Source of the DNA: an uncultured delta proteobacterium
GTDB taxonomy: Bacteria; Desulfobacterota; BSN033; UBA1163
Direction of reading: 5' to 3'
Assembly: GCA_963708295.1 (NCBI GenBank)
Contig: CAVPSJ010000008.1
Coordinates: forward strand, 96,001 to 160,000
Length of the DNA: 64,000 nucleotides
The notes beneath the pieces are model-generated. The model made no database searches and was not told the origin of the DNA. It saw nothing but the letters and a program-made list of their open reading frames with translations. Each line of letters opens with the position of its first letter. Positions within the stretch are counted from its first letter, which is position 1. Below are positions 62,719 to 64,000 of the stretch, piece by piece. Both the position numbers and the translations under genes were made by a program.

Positions 62719-64000
62719 ATGAAATCAGAGAACGATTTGACGATCGCGATGCCTCAGGTACGCGTCTGGCCCCGGGTGAAGATCGGCGGGTTTGCGGGTT
62801 ATGCAGCGATCTGGGCCTTCTTTGGTCTTTTTCTGATTTATCCCCTGATTCGCCTGTTCTATGATGCCTTCACGACCGATAGGGGCACACTCACCCTGAT
62901 CAATTTCTACGATTTTTTTACGGATTCTTTTTATCTTCACTGTCTCGTCAATTCCCTTCTGCTCGGGGCAGGAACAGTCATTACCACGTCGATCCTCGGC
63001 ATCTTCATCGCGTTTCTTCTCCTTCGCTACGAGTTTCCCGGGAGGAACCTTTTTTCCTTTCTGACCATCATTCCTATGATCATGCCCCCCCTGGTTGGAG
63101 TCATGGGATTCGTTTTCATCCTGGGCAGGGCCGGTACGGTCAACGTCCTTTTAATGGATTACCTCGGATTTGACAAAACCCGTCAATTTCATGTACGGCG
63201 TTCATGGGGTCCTGCTTGTGGAAACGCTTCACCTCTTTCCTCTGATGACCCTGAGCATCGTCGATGCCATGGGAAAGATTTCACCCTCCCTCGACGAAGC
63301 CGCAGAGAGCGTGGGGTCGCGGGGGCTCCGGAAGTTCTGGGATATCACCTTTCCCCTTGACCACCCCTGGATATGTTTCTGGCGCCCTCCTCGTATTCAT
63401 CTGGACCTTCGCCGACTTTGCCACTCCGCTGGTCGTCGGGATTGATAACCTGCTGGCCTCCCAGGCCTACCTCAACATCGTCCAGTTTGTGGACCGAAGG
63501 CTCTTCAAGATGGGCATCGTCATTTCAGCCATCATGGTGATTCTGGCCATCGTATTTTTGACTCATTGCTAAAGAAATACGTGTCGATCAAGGACTACAG
63601 CTCTCTCTCGTATTCGGTCATCGAACGAAAAAAGATCTCCCCCTGGGCCGAGGTGGGGGTGATCGCATTTCTGGTGATGACCCTGATCTTTGCCTTTATT
63701 CCTTATCTGGGTATTGCGCTCGACTCTTTTGGCAGGGGTTGGGCTCTCACACCCATTCCGGTGAAATATACTCTTCAGTACTTCGAAAGAGTTTCCATCG
63801 AAACGCCTAAATTTATATTGAACAGCCTTCTTTATGCAACGATCTCCGTCTTCATCTGCATCGCCGTTGGTGTTCCCGTGGCCTGGGTGATGGCGCGGAC
63901 CAAGGTCCCGGGGACGAGACCTCTTGGATTCACTGACGACGCTCATCCTGGCTCTTCCGGGAACCGGAATCGGGATCGCCTACATGAGGGCTTTCAGAGA
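62719..64000 (+). CDS. ABC permease FbpB type (indels; runs off the window)
   Basis: MPPLVG, SLDEAAESVG and FADFATP motifs. Confidence 0.85.

Overview
Bacterial chromosomal window. Gene content and repeat families suggest an anaerobic Desulfobacterota/Deltaproteobacteria-like organism (inference). About 20 genes are broken by single-base indels, which is best explained by long-read sequencing error. The left half holds a TTT transporter, a dihydroxyphthalate-decarboxylase-like protein, an atypical M24 enzyme, a cstA/small protein/two ArsA-Get3 ATPase operon, radical SAM genes, IS200 tnpA, toxin-antitoxin modules, an M20 peptidase, ade, ridA, der and a MacAB-like exporter. The centre (28.5-53.5 kb, almost all minus strand) looks like a C2-acid/redox island. 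It contains a four-subunit oxalate:ferredoxin oxidoreductase with a FadR regulator, a bacterial CDC48, two TTT transporters and a serine/alanine-glyoxylate aminotransferase. It also contains a GntR-headed operon in which a CooS homologue that has lost nearly all Ni-Fe C-cluster ligands sits with CooF and a FAD/NAD oxidoreductase between two paralogous copies of an uncharacterised Fe-S protein pair; this is the best candidate for an undescribed system. The right end has moaA-moaC-MOSC-mog under a Moco riboswitch and an Fe3+-type ABC transporter. Intergenic DNA is rich in nested MITE/REP-like and short-unit palindromic repeats. All identifications are by eye from motifs; no database searches were run.
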